A DNA stretch of 32,000 nt from Candidatus Odinarchaeota archaeon (GCA_038826135.1 JAWBON010000001.1:22812-54811), one strand, 5' to 3'. Positions 9,091 through 18,451 are shown, counted from the first letter of the stretch. The notes: a model not told the origin generated them from the sequence alone. Translations and numbers: made by a program.

Positions 9091-9627
9091 TTAGAATAAA
9101 AGCATTATTGAACCACCTAGTATTAATAATATGCCTTGTATTATGCATAACGCTCCAAGTATTATTGAAACCGCGGGGAAACCTAGTTTTTTTCCAATGA
9201 AATCTATTACTTCTTCAACTGCTTTAGCAAATATAAATATAACCGCCACTATTACTATGAAAACGGCTGCTATGATCCATGTGTTATGGATGAAGCCTGA
9301 TATGTAGAATGCAGCTACACCCCCCGCTCCCAGCGCTAGAAGACCCGCTAACGGCAGCTTAACCGTGGGAGCTAATGTTAAAGCTAATCCTGCTAATATG
9401 AAGATCACTATTGTAGCAGTATCCATGATTCCCCTGCTCCAACCGGACGCTACCACTATTAAATCTAAAATCCCTAATATGAATCCTATCGCAGCTAATA
9501 GTTTAAGCTTCCACTTCCACTCTTCTTTACCCGCCTTCCACTCGAATATGTCTAGGAGAAGGATTACCCCTGAGGCTATTAATATAATATTCGAGTAGCT
9601 TACAAGTGAGGATAATATATCCTGCAT
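9091..9627 (-). CDS. Hypothetical Gly/Ala-rich membrane protein (about 6 TM)
   Basis: 178-aa hydrophobic ORF with an AAGGTGA SD upstream. Lies 76 nt downstream of ilvD on the same strand. Confidence 0.75.
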   Translation of the reverse strand: MQDILSSLVSYSNIILIASGVILLLDIFEWKAGKEEWKWKLKLLAAIGFILGILDLIVVASGWSRGIMDTATIVIFILAGLALTLAPTVKLPLAGLLALGAGGVAAFYISGFIHNTWIIAAVFIVIVAVIFIFAKAVEEVIDFIGKKLGFPAVSIILGALCIIQGILLILGGSIMLLF

Positions 9628-9703
9628 TACAGGTCACCTTTAAGTTAATATTATATTTTAACAGTTAGCTAGTATAATAGTTATTCTATTAACTAGTTTT
9701 TTA

Positions 9704-11365
9704 TTATTTATCTTCCGCCGGGTTTGTAAACTTATTGTAATAGTATTCAGCGTATCTTTTAAGGTATCCCGCTGTTTTTGTTTCCGGTTTAACCCATTCT
9801 CTTCTCCTTTTAGCTATTTCACTTTCACCAACCAGCAGGTCTAGTATCCTATTCGGGATGTCTATTCTAATCCTGTCGCCATTTTTAACAAGGCTTATTG
9901 GTCCTCCTAAAGCAGCTTCAGGTGATACATGGCCTATGCATAAGCCTCTAGTCCCACCTGAAAATCTTCCATCTGTTATAAGAGAGACCTCCCTATCCAT
10001 TCCCCTTCCCATAAGATTCGCGGTGGGGGTGAGCATCTCCCTCATTCCCGGTCCGCCTATAACTCCCTCATATCTTATAACTATAACATCTTTAGGTTTT
10101 ATTTCACCTTTACAGATCGCTTCAGTAGCCTCCTCCTCGGAGTTGAAGACTTTAGCCGGTCCCTCATGAACCATGTTCTCAGGGTTCACCGCTGTCTGCT
10201 TCACCACGGCTCCTAGTGGGGCTAAGCTTCCTTTTAAAACAGCTATACCCCCCTCCTTATGGTAGGGTTTATCGACCGGTCTTATAATATTTTCATCGAT
10301 GATTTTGAAACCGTCTATCAGTTTCCCTAATGGTTTACCGGTGACGCCTACAGTGTTAAGGTTGAGTAGTTTTTTAAGTTGTTTGAGCAGAGCTGGAACA
10401 CCGCCCGCTTTCTCCATATCCCACATGGTGTAAGGGCCGCCTGGTCTCAGATTTACTAGGTGGGGGGTTGTTCTCCCTAACCGGTCGAATTCATCTATTT
10501 CTATTTTAATATTCAACTCCTCCGCTACCGCCGGTAAGTGTATGGTTGTATTAGTTGACCCCCCTATAGCCATGTCGACTCTAATAGCATTTTCAAAAGC
10601 CTCCCTTGTAAGTATATCTGAAGGCTTTAAATTCTCTTTTACCAGTGAAATAATTCTGACACCCGTTTCATATGAAATTCTAAGCTTCTTCGCTTGAACA
10701 GCGTGAGCTGTTCCGCAGCCTGGCAGTGACATGCCGAGGGCTTCCGTAAGACAGGCCATAGTATTCGCGGTGAAGCATCCGGCACAGCTTCCAGGACCCG
10801 GGCACGCGGAATCCTCAAGTTCTTTAAGCTCTTCTAAACTCATTTTACTGTTTTGGTAAGCTCCAATCGCTTCGAAAACTGTTATTACATCCGCAGGTTC
10901 TCCTTTAAACAAGCCGGGCATCATGGGGCCGCCTGTTATTACTATGCTTGGGATGTTTAATCTTGCAGCCGCTATCAGGTGGCCTGGTACAATTTTATCG
11001 CAGGAGGATATGAGAACCATGCCGTCAAACTGGTGGGCTTGAACCATCAGCTCCACTGAGTCTGCTATTAGATCCCTGCTGGGAAGCGACATTTTCATGC
11101 CGATGTGCCCCATCGCTATTCCATCACATATACCGATTGTGTTGAATTCTATAGGGGTGCCTCCGGCTGACGATATGCCTTTTTTAACCATTTCGCTGAG
11201 TGTTCTAAGATGTATATGTCCTGGTACTATCTCATTCCAGGAGTTTACAACCGCTATTAGAGGTTTCTCCAGTTCACTATCAGTTAACCCGGTGGCTTTT
11301 AGGAGTGCTCTGTGCGGAGCGTGTTCAACACCTTTCTTAATATTGTCGCTTCTCATCTTTACCAC
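9704..11365 (-). CDS. ilvD: Dihydroxy-acid dehydratase
   Basis: [50 protein letters not shown]. The start may be the ATG at 11356. Confidence 0.97.
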   Translation of the reverse strand: MVKMRSDNIKKGVEHAPHRALLKATGLTDSELEKPLIAVVNSWNEIVPGHIHLRTLSEMVKKGISSAGGTPIEFNTIGICDGIAMGHIGMKMSLPSRDLIADSVELMVQAHQFDGMVLISSCDKIVPGHLIAAARLNIPSIVITGGPMMPGLFKGEPADVITVFEAIGAYQNSKMSLEELKELEDSACPGPGSCAGCFTANTMACLTEALGMSLPGCGTAHAVQAKKLRISYETGVRIISLVKENLKPSDILTREAFENAIRVDMAIGGSTNTTIHLPAVAEELNIKIEIDEFDRLGRTTPHLVNLRPGGPYTMWDMEKAGGVPALLKQLKKLLNLNTVGVTGKPLGKLIDGFKIIDENIIRPVDKPYHKEGGIAVLKGSLAPLGAVVKQTAVNPENMVHEGPAKVFNSEEEATEAICKGEIKPKDVIVIRYEGVIGGPGMREMLTPTANLMGRGMDREVSLITDGRFSGGTRGLCIGHVSPEAALGGPISLVKNGDRIRIDIPNRILDLLVGESEIAKRRREWVKPETKTAGYLKRYAEYYYNKFTNPAEDK

Positions 11366-11366
11366 G

Positions 11367-12296
11367 TTAGTAGACTGGTGTAAGCCAGTGAAGATATTTT
11401 TTATTTCTACCGTTTACAGCCTCTAAGTACGCTTTCTGTATTTTTCTTGTTATCTCACCAGGTTTCCCATCACCTATGATTGTGGTGTCGATTTTAACAA
11501 CAGGGGTGACTTCCCCGGCTGTCCCGCATATAAATACTTCATCAGCCCTGTATAATTCGCTTCTAGTGAGATCGGTGACTGTGACGTTTATGTTGAGCTC
11601 GCTTTTAAATAATTGAAGTAAACTGTCACGTGTTATCCCTTCTAGAATAGATGCGTATAATGGTGGGGTGTAAACTTCACCTTTTCTTACGACGAATATG
11701 TTCTCCCCTGTTCCCTCGCTTATAAACCCTCTTTGGTCGAGCATGATGGCTTCAGTGTATCCTTTTTCAACAGCTTCTAACCGGGCTAGGACGGAGTTGA
11801 GGTAGTTGCCGCATGCTTTAGCCTCCGGGGGTAAAGCTCTAGGTGAAATTCTCTCCCAAGAGGATACTAGGCAGCTGATCCCTTTCTCCAGTACTCCTTC
11901 ACCCAGGTATTCTTTGAAAGGTATTACATATATGGCTGTGTTAACAGGGCTTTTCAGCGGATTCAAGCCTAGAGGCCCGTATCCTCTGTAGACTATTGGT
12001 CTTATGTAACAATTTTCTTTTATATTATTGACTTTTATTATATCTTTAATAGCTTGAGATAATTCCTCATACGTGTATGGTATTTTCATCCTGTATACTT
12101 TAGCTGAATTGTAAAGTCTCTCTAAATGTGCTTTTAAACGGAATATGTGAACGTTTCCGTTGAAAGCGTACCCTCTAAGCCCTTCAAAAACTCCTGTGCC
12201 GTAGTGTAATGCGTGAGTTTTAACATGGATGTTAGCGTCATCCCATTTCACTATTCTACCATCCATCCAAATATAATCCGCTTTTTCCTCGGACAT
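11367..12296 (-). CDS. ilvE: Branched-chain amino acid aminotransferase
   Basis: [23 protein letters not shown] (PLP Lys), [25 protein letters not shown]. Confidence 0.96.
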   Translation of the reverse strand: MSEEKADYIWMDGRIVKWDDANIHVKTHALHYGTGVFEGLRGYAFNGNVHIFRLKAHLERLYNSAKVYRMKIPYTYEELSQAIKDIIKVNNIKENCYIRPIVYRGYGPLGLNPLKSPVNTAIYVIPFKEYLGEGVLEKGISCLVSSWERISPRALPPEAKACGNYLNSVLARLEAVEKGYTEAIMLDQRGFISEGTGENIFVVRKGEVYTPPLYASILEGITRDSLLQLFKSELNINVTVTDLTRSELYRADEVFICGTAGEVTPVVKIDTTIIGDGKPGEITRKIQKAYLEAVNGRNKKYLHWLTPVY

Positions 12297-12339
12297 TTTT
12301 AGCGCCTCTTTAACAGGAGGTTTAATTTTACGCGTGTTT

Positions 12340-13323
12340 TTACTCTAATCCTATTTCGCGTCTAAGCTGGGCTCCAATCTTCTCTATCAGCCTCTTCTCC
12401 TCTTCAGCTCGAAGCTCACTGAGTTTACGGGAACCTTTCTGATACTCCTCTATCCATTCTTTAGAGAACTGTCCGCTCTGTATTTCTTTTAAAATTTTCT
12501 TCATATCCTCTCTTGTCTGCTTGTTTATGATTCTAGGCCCTCTTGTAAGACCTCCGTATTTCGCTGTGTTACTGACAGCCTCCCACATTCCTTTCAAACC
12601 TTTAGCGTATATCAGGTCAACTATTAGTTTCACTTCGTGGAGGCATTCATAATACGCCATTTCAGGCTGGTAACCAGCTTCTACTAGTGTGTCGAAACCG
12701 GCTTTGATAAGCTCTGTTAAACCGCCGCATAATACCACCTGCTCTCCGAACAGGTCGGTTTCAACCTCTTCTTTGAATGTTGTTTCTATAACTTGTACCC
12801 GTGTTAAACCGATAGCTTTAGCCATTGCTAGAGCTATTTTTTTAGCTGTACCAGAGTAGTCTTGAGCTACTGCCAGTAATCCAGGTACACCGAAGTTGTT
12901 TAAGTACTCTCTTCTAACAGCTTTCCCCGGTGCTTTCGGGGCTATCATAATTACGTCAACATTGTTTGGGGGTATTACCTGTTTGAAATGTATGTTGAAG
13001 GCGTGGCTGAATCCTAGAACCTTCCCGGCTGTTAAATTAGGTTTAATATCCTCTTCGTAAACTTTTTTCTGAGCTTCATCCGGTATGAGTATATGGATTA
13101 TGTCAGCTGTTCTAGTAGCCTCGCTTATGGGTAGTACTTTGAAGCCGTCTCTTTCAGCAGCTTCAGCGGTTTTACCTTTTCTCAAACCTATTATAACTTT
13201 AACCCCGCTATCCCTCATATTCATGGCTTGAGCCATACCCTGGTTTCCGTAGCCTATAACAGCTACGGTTTTGTTTTTTAAAATATTTAAGTCAGCGTCA
13301 GCATCCGTATATTTTTTAACCAT
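12340..13323 (-). CDS. ilvC: Ketol-acid reductoisomerase (class I)
   Basis: IGYGNQG, FSHAFNIH, APKAPG, ETDLFGEQVVLCGG, AYYECLHE, SNTAKYG. GGAGG SD 7 nt upstream. Confidence 0.97.
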   Translation of the reverse strand: MVKKYTDADADLNILKNKTVAVIGYGNQGMAQAMNMRDSGVKVIIGLRKGKTAEAAERDGFKVLPISEATRTADIIHILIPDEAQKKVYEEDIKPNLTAGKVLGFSHAFNIHFKQVIPPNNVDVIMIAPKAPGKAVRREYLNNFGVPGLLAVAQDYSGTAKKIALAMAKAIGLTRVQVIETTFKEEVETDLFGEQVVLCGGLTELIKAGFDTLVEAGYQPEMAYYECLHEVKLIVDLIYAKGLKGMWEAVSNTAKYGGLTRGPRIINKQTREDMKKILKEIQSGQFSKEWIEEYQKGSRKLSELRAEEEKRLIEKIGAQLRREIGLE

Positions 13324-13334
13324 TTAAACTCCTC

Positions 13335-13811
13335 CTATCTTTTCAAAGCTATTATACCGGATCTAACTATTTCCGTTACATATTTCTGTTCTATATGGTT
13401 TAGTATATGGTCTATCTCGCTGATGGGGCCGCTGATCTCTATCGCGTGTCCTTTAACATAGCTTACTAATGAGACGTTAGACTCCCTTGTTAACTGTTTG
13501 ATTTGTTCAAGAATATTCTCATGGTGGTTTTTAAGTTTAATTATAACTAGCTCTCTGACAACAGCCTCCTCAGCTCTTAGCTGAGTTATTTTTTTAACAG
13601 ATATCAGCCTGCTTAATAGGTTTCTCATAAACTTTGCTTTCTTAGGGTCTGCGTCAAATGACATTATTATTCGCGCTGTTCTCTCACTGAGCTCTGATGG
13701 CCCTACTGAGATTCTAGATATGTTGACAGCTCTTCTGCTGAATATGGAGACTACTCTCTGCATTACACCAGGCTCGTCGTCAACTATAAGTGAAAATATG
13801 TAATGTGGCAT
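13335..13811 (-). CDS. ilvN: Acetolactate synthase small (regulatory, ACT) subunit
   Basis: DDEPGVMQRVVSIFSRRAVNI ACT motif and C-terminal EIVRSG. Located between ilvB and ilvC. Confidence 0.9.
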   Translation of the reverse strand: MPHYIFSLIVDDEPGVMQRVVSIFSRRAVNISRISVGPSELSERTARIIMSFDADPKKAKFMRNLLSRLISVKKITQLRAEEAVVRELVIIKLKNHHENILEQIKQLTRESNVSLVSYVKGHAIEISGPISEIDHILNHIEQKYVTEIVRSGIIALKR

Positions 13812-13815
13812 CTTA

Positions 13816-15486
13816 TCACCCTATCATTTTATCGATCTGCCCCCCCGGTCTTACCATGGGGAAAACGTTGCATTCCCGGTCCACTTCAAAATCTATGACG
13901 GTTGTTTCACCTGATTTTATCGCCTCTATAAAGGCTTCCTCTATCTCAGAGCATCTGGTTACTTTAATACCTTTAGCACCGAACGCTTCAGCTAGCTTAA
14001 CGAAATTTGTTTTCTCCCCTAGGAACGTGTAAGAATATCTTTTCTCATAGAATAACTCCTGCCATTGTCTAACCATTCCAAGATACCGATTGTTTATTAT
14101 AGCCGCTATTACTGGTATATTATTCTCCACCGCGGTTGCCAGTTCATGGCATACCATTAGGAAGCTACCGTCACCTGCAACATCTATAACGGTACTGTCG
14201 GGTTTAGCTGCTTTAGCTCCTATAGAGGCTGGTAGACCGAAGCCCATTGTGCCTTGGCCGCCTGACCATATCACGGTTCTAGGTTTTTTAGGCTTATAGT
14301 ATAAGGCGGTCCACATTTCACATTGACCGACCTCTGTGACGACTATGTCGTTTTCCTTTAGAATCGAGTTCATCTTCTTTATTATAAGCGGCGGCTTTAT
14401 CGGGTGGCTTTCCTCAGGTTCAGGCAGCGGATTATCTTTCACTAATTGTTTAATTCTATCCATCCAGGGAGTGTTGTGTTTCTTTAACCCGGTTGTCTGC
14501 ATATAATATATCAGTGATTTAACTATTTCTTTAGCGTCTCCGATTATCGAAATATGGCTTTTAATATTCTTATCTATTTCAGAAGGGTCGATGTCTATGT
14601 GAATTATTTTAGCCTTAGTGGCGAAGGTTTTCTCATCCCCTGTAGCTCTATCATCGAATCTGCAGCCTACAGCTATGAGGCAGTCTGACTCCATTAAAGC
14701 ATAGTTAGCCGGCTTTGTACCATGCATCCCTATCATACCTAATGCTAGAGGATGATACTCTGAGATTGAACCTTTACCCATAAGTGTGGTAACCACTGGT
14801 GCGGGGAGCATCTCCGCGAGTGTTCTGATCTCCTCAGCTGCGTTTGAAATTATAACCCCGCCTCCGGCTAATATCACCGGTCTATCAGAATCCATTATCA
14901 TTTTAGCTATTTGTTTAATTCTTCTGAGACTTAGTATAGGAGTTTTACCTGTATAGAACTGCTTGTATAATATTTTTCTAGTAGCTTTTTTAGTTTGGAC
15001 ATCCTTCGGCAAATCTATATGAACTGGGCCGGGACGACCAGAGGTGGCTATGTCAAAAGCCATATTCATTATTCTAGGTAAATCGTTAACGTCTTTAACT
15101 AGGAAATTGTGTTTGGTTATAGGTATTACGAGGCTGTAAAGATCCGCTTCTTGAAAAGCGTCTTTTCCAATGTATTGAACTGGCACTTGTCCTGTAATAG
15201 CTATTACCGGTGATGAATCAGCGTACGCTGTTGAGATACCTGTTAAAAGATTAGTAGCGCCTGGACCTGACGTTGCAATCGCCACTCCAGGTTTTCCGCT
15301 AGCTCGAGCGTAGCCGTCTGCTGCGTGAGCGGCTCCCTGTTCATGTCTAACTAATATGTGTCTGATTGATTTTTCATCGTATAATTCATCATACAGGGGC
15401 ATTATAGCCCCGCCTGGCAGTCCGAAAACTGTTTTCACACCCCTGTTTTTAAGAACTTCTAACACTATTTCAGAACCGCTTAACAT
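13816..15486 (-). CDS. ilvB: Acetolactate synthase large subunit (biosynthetic type)
   Basis: FGLPGGAIMPLYD, RHEQGAAHAADGYAR, TSGPGATN, TPP-binding GDGSFLM...NN, LGMVRQWQ. The ATG at 15486 is preferred over the GTG at 15501. Confidence 0.96.
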   Translation of the reverse strand: MLSGSEIVLEVLKNRGVKTVFGLPGGAIMPLYDELYDEKSIRHILVRHEQGAAHAADGYARASGKPGVAIATSGPGATNLLTGISTAYADSSPVIAITGQVPVQYIGKDAFQEADLYSLVIPITKHNFLVKDVNDLPRIMNMAFDIATSGRPGPVHIDLPKDVQTKKATRKILYKQFYTGKTPILSLRRIKQIAKMIMDSDRPVILAGGGVIISNAAEEIRTLAEMLPAPVVTTLMGKGSISEYHPLALGMIGMHGTKPANYALMESDCLIAVGCRFDDRATGDEKTFATKAKIIHIDIDPSEIDKNIKSHISIIGDAKEIVKSLIYYMQTTGLKKHNTPWMDRIKQLVKDNPLPEPEESHPIKPPLIIKKMNSILKENDIVVTEVGQCEMWTALYYKPKKPRTVIWSGGQGTMGFGLPASIGAKAAKPDSTVIDVAGDGSFLMVCHELATAVENNIPVIAAIINNRYLGMVRQWQELFYEKRYSYTFLGEKTNFVKLAEAFGAKGIKVTRCSEIEEAFIEAIKSGETTVIDFEVDRECNVFPMVRPGGQIDKMIG

Positions 15487-15660
15487 ATTCAAAAAGACCA
15501 CTCTCCGGTGGGAAAAATATTCTGGTTTACAAATAATAGAGGTGAAAAACCGCAGTTTTTATTTTGGTTTGGAGGACGGGATTGAAAGGTAGCTTCTAGC
15601 CTAGATAATAAAGTAATTCCCCTTATCCAGGGGATTGACAAAGCTAGTCCTCCTTAACAT
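15487..15660 (-). promoter_or_regulatory. Candidate structured 5' leader of the ilv operon (nested stems, uORFs, oligo-T tracts)
   Basis: On the minus strand GGAGGAC pairs with GTCCTCC and TAGCTT with AAGCTA. Internal hairpin TCCCCT-GGATA-AGGGGA, hairpin AAAAAC-TGCG-GTTTTT, three T5 tracts, and a TATA-like TTTTTAAG at 15688-15681. Confidence 0.5.
15489..15641 (-). CDS. Candidate 50-aa leader peptide (uORF) MSIPWIRGITLLSRLEATFQSRPPNQNKNCGFSPLLFVNQNIFPTGEWSF
   Basis: AGGAGG exactly 7 nt before a TTG. The TGA stop lies 2 nt before the ilvB ATG. Six of the first 15 codons are Ile/Leu. Not in the ORF track. Confidence 0.4.
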   Translation of the reverse strand: MSIPWIRGITLLSRLEATFQSRPPNQNKNCGFSPLLFVNQNIFPTGEWSF

Positions 15661-15704
15661 CTCCACCACTATCACGCTCTCTTAAAAATAATGTATTTCT
15701 GTAT

Positions 15705-16412
15705 TTAACTTTTTCGTAGTCTTTTATGTCTAATCGTTTTCTTAACTTTTTTTACGGGTTCTCTATCTGTTTTATCAACGGTTTTCGAGGCTGCTAAAAA
15801 CCAGTATGCTTGGAATATTAAAGCTGCGATCATAATTATAATTCCGGCTGTTAAATAAATCATATATCCCGCCATAGAGGCTAGCATAAGAATAGCGGTT
15901 ATCGTTAAAACTTGTTTAAGTTGAAGATAACCTGTGAACTCTTTTACAGCTATGTAAAGCATTAGAATCCATACAACCAGATATATGATTAGAGGTGCTA
16001 GTGTAAAAGATGAAAGAATGTTAATCAAGTACACTATGTTTGAAACTGTTTCAGACTCGCCTATAATATTGGACGCTAAAACCACCAGTAGGCTAGCTCT
16101 GCTTATTTGGAGGGCTGTGTTTATGAGAACATACCATAAATACCCTTTCAGGAAGATTCGGGTTTTACCTGTGTTTTTGAAAATATACTCGTTCGGTGTT
16201 AGAATCTTATAGCTGAAATATATTATAAAAAGCAGTAGCGCCTCTGTCAAAATGATTATTAATAAAATAATGGTTGTAAGAAGTGTGCTGGGAGGGTAAA
16301 ATAATATTACAAGATGTGTAATATATATTAAGGCAACTACTAGACTGGAGAAAAATCCTCTAAGCGTTTTTTTAACGTTTTCACTAAGCTCGTCTTTTAG
16401 CAAAATCCCCAC
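15705..16412 (-). CDS. Hypothetical membrane protein (about 6 TM) with basic C-terminal tail
   Basis: 235-aa hydrophobic ORF ending VKKVKKTIRHKRLRKS. Confidence 0.75.
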   Translation of the reverse strand: MGILLKDELSENVKKTLRGFFSSLVVALIYITHLVILFYPPSTLLTTIILLIIILTEALLLFIIYFSYKILTPNEYIFKNTGKTRIFLKGYLWYVLINTALQISRASLLVVLASNIIGESETVSNIVYLINILSSFTLAPLIIYLVVWILMLYIAVKEFTGYLQLKQVLTITAILMLASMAGYMIYLTAGIIIMIAALIFQAYWFLAASKTVDKTDREPVKKVKKTIRHKRLRKS

Positions 16413-16516
16413 TTAAAATATGTTTATTTGAATTTAATACTTACTAAGCGTTAACCATCTATATTATTAATTATAAAAATAATAACTGTTTTTATATATC
16501 TCCGCGCTTTAATGGG

Positions 16517-16726
16517 TTAAATTTTTAATTTGTTATCGTCTCCGCCGTTGAATTTATTGTTAACTGTTAACTCTAACACGATATTATCTATTTCCCGGTC
16601 GAATTTCACAATCGGGCATAGGACGAAAACACATAATCCGTTTTCTTTAAGTTTACAGTTTTCCTCGCACCTGTTTCTGCACACTGATTTGAAATTAAGC
16701 CATTCTTCGAAGTCTCTTATATCCAA
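16517..16726 (-). CDS. Small Cys-rich protein, possible metal binder
   Basis: 69 aa with a CX3CX3CX7CX4C pattern. GGAGG lies 7 nt before the TTG start. Confidence 0.6.
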   Translation of the reverse strand: MDIRDFEEWLNFKSVCRNRCEENCKLKENGLCVFVLCPIVKFDREIDNIVLELTVNNKFNGGDDNKLKI

Positions 16727-16877
16727 TTTTCATCCTCCGCCCTTTTTAAGAACAACAAAAAGATTAGTTAACCTTCTTTTATTTAAGGGTTTGTTTAATA
16801 AGCGTAAAATATTATAGCAATCTGCTTATTAAGGAAGGATGAATAAATAATTATAGGCTTGTTAATGGTGTTTAAAT

Positions 16878-17453
16878 ATGGGTGGTAAGGAACCGTTAAT
16901 CAGCTTTGAAGCTCTTCTATCAGATATACTTAAAGGTGTGGCTGGTATTCAAAAAATGGTTGAGGAGCTTAACCGGAATTTAATTTCCTCACAGGAAGCT
17001 CAGAAAGAATCTATTATAAGTAGATTAGAACAGATGGAAACTTATTTCCACTCTATGAAGGAGACAACTGAGCTTTTAAACGAGTTGTTAGCAGAGTTAA
17101 GGATTTTGGTACCAACCCTGCATATAAATAAATTAATTGAAGAGGTTAAATCCGCTGGGTTCCAGGTTAAAAAAGAAGCTTCCACGGTGTCGGAGAAGTT
17201 TAGAGACTTCAGAGATGAGGCGGCTTATAATATTCAAACTAGAACCTCTCAGAAACAGGTTACAGCACCCGTTGAGGCTGAACCACCATTCTCCCCGACT
17301 CCAGCTTTGGAACCAGGCGTGCAGGAGGCGGCTTCTGAGAAGAAGGAGCCTGATGTGGTTTACAGCTCCAAGGTCCCATCCTATGTGAAGGAGAAGAAGA
17401 AGCCTAAATCAATATGGGCGGGGATTAGAGATGAAGAGGAGCAGGTTCAATGA
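16878..17453 (+). CDS. Hypothetical protein: N-terminal coiled coil plus Pro/Glu-rich linker and charged tail
   Basis: 191-aa ORF with heptad-like helices over about residues 8-95. ATGGTG SD-like sequence upstream. Confidence 0.8.
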   Translation: MGGKEPLISFEALLSDILKGVAGIQKMVEELNRNLISSQEAQKESIISRLEQMETYFHSMKETTELLNELLAELRILVPTLHINKLIEEVKSAGFQVKKEASTVSEKFRDFRDEAAYNIQTRTSQKQVTAPVEAEPPFSPTPALEPGVQEAASEKKEPDVVYSSKVPSYVKEKKKPKSIWAGIRDEEEQVQ

Positions 17454-17468
17454 ATTTGATTAATATTT

Positions 17469-17870
17469 TTATATTTTTCTCTCAAGTAAATCTGTTAACA
17501 ATCTGCTCATGCTGCTTAACTCTACAAGCCAAGCTATTGTTTTAAGCTCTTTGTAAAGTTTTCTGATCACCATGACCATTGCTTTATTGTCTTGTGAGAG
17601 TATCTTGTTTAAAACGTTTCGAAACTCTTCTATTGAATGCTGTTCTGTCGCTGTTAATTTGTTAATAAGATTTTTTCTAAACTCTTCGCTGCTCTGCTCT
17701 ATGCTAGATAATTTAGCCGTCATCTCCATTGATTTACTTTTCAACTCGGCTGTTAACTCCCCTACAGAGTCGCTTAGAGATTTTAAACCTGTGGCTAACT
17801 GGTCTATTTTATTATATATGTCCGATAAAGCTTGGGTTATGAATTTAACTGTTTCCTGAGGGCTTGTAAT
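17469..17870 (-). CDS. Hypothetical coiled-coil protein (probably 133 aa with an ATT start; ORF track gives 91 aa from 17744)
   Basis: The frame stays open 42 codons upstream of 17744 with helical sequence. AGGAGG lies exactly 7 nt before the ATT at 17870-17868. Confidence 0.65.
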   Translation of the reverse strand: MTSPQETVKFITQALSDIYNKIDQLATGLKSLSDSVGELTAELKSKSMEMTAKLSSIEQSSEEFRKNLINKLTATEQHSIEEFRNVLNKILSQDNKAMVMVIRKLYKELKTIAWLVELSSMSRLLTDLLERKI

Positions 17871-17886
17871 ATCAACCCCTCCTACT

Positions 17887-18285
17887 CTATTTTAATTTGT
17901 TAAGAGCTGTTTTAAGCTCGTTAAGTACGTTTGCGATATTTGTTTTCTTAAGCTCTTCACCTAAGGTTTCAGTCACCTTTTGCGCTTTCTGTAATATATC
18001 TTCAAGTTTATTTACATCAAAAATTGTTTTAATACCTGTTATGCTCTCCATCAGATTTCTAATAAGGAAATCTGTTTGCTGTTCGAACCTGGTCTGCATC
18101 TGCGCAGTCTTATCGGCGAGTTTATCTATTGAAAGCTGCATTTCAGCCATGCTTTTCTCGAATACAGGTATCAAACTGTTTTTAATATTGTTAGCAGCCT
18201 CTCCGAGTTTTATGTTAACTTCTTCAAGCTTGCTAATCAAAGAGTTAAATTTACTCCATATCGCTTGATCTTCACTGTCAACCAT
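17887..18285 (-). CDS. Hypothetical coiled-coil protein
   Basis: 132-aa all-helical ORF with an AGGCGA SD-like sequence upstream. Probably co-transcribed with 17469-17870. Confidence 0.8.
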   Translation of the reverse strand: MVDSEDQAIWSKFNSLISKLEEVNIKLGEAANNIKNSLIPVFEKSMAEMQLSIDKLADKTAQMQTRFEQQTDFLIRNLMESITGIKTIFDVNKLEDILQKAQKVTETLGEELKKTNIANVLNELKTALNKLK

Positions 18286-18451
18286 AAAGGTCGCCTAGGT
18301 GGAATCCTTTTTAGAATAGTTTTCTCACAGGGATCTTTCCCGTTAACATATATGGTGTTAATATATAAAAAATAGGCGGATGGCTACAGGTGATTTCGTA
18401 AAATTTCTAGCGCTAGCTTCTAGTATAAAAGAAAGGTTAACTTTAGAGTGT

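Noticed and set aside
15606-15635. CTGGATAA...GGGAA resembles part of the TPP riboswitch upstream of a TPP-dependent enzyme
   Set aside because: The conserved CUGAGA and the P2/P3 and P4 elements are missing. An Infernal search with RF00059 would be decisive.
15578-15640. CTTTCAATCCC / GGGATTGAAAG looks like the end of an archaeal CRISPR repeat
   Set aside because: There are only two 8-10-nt partial copies 53 nt apart, no full-length repeats or spacers, and no cas genes in the window.
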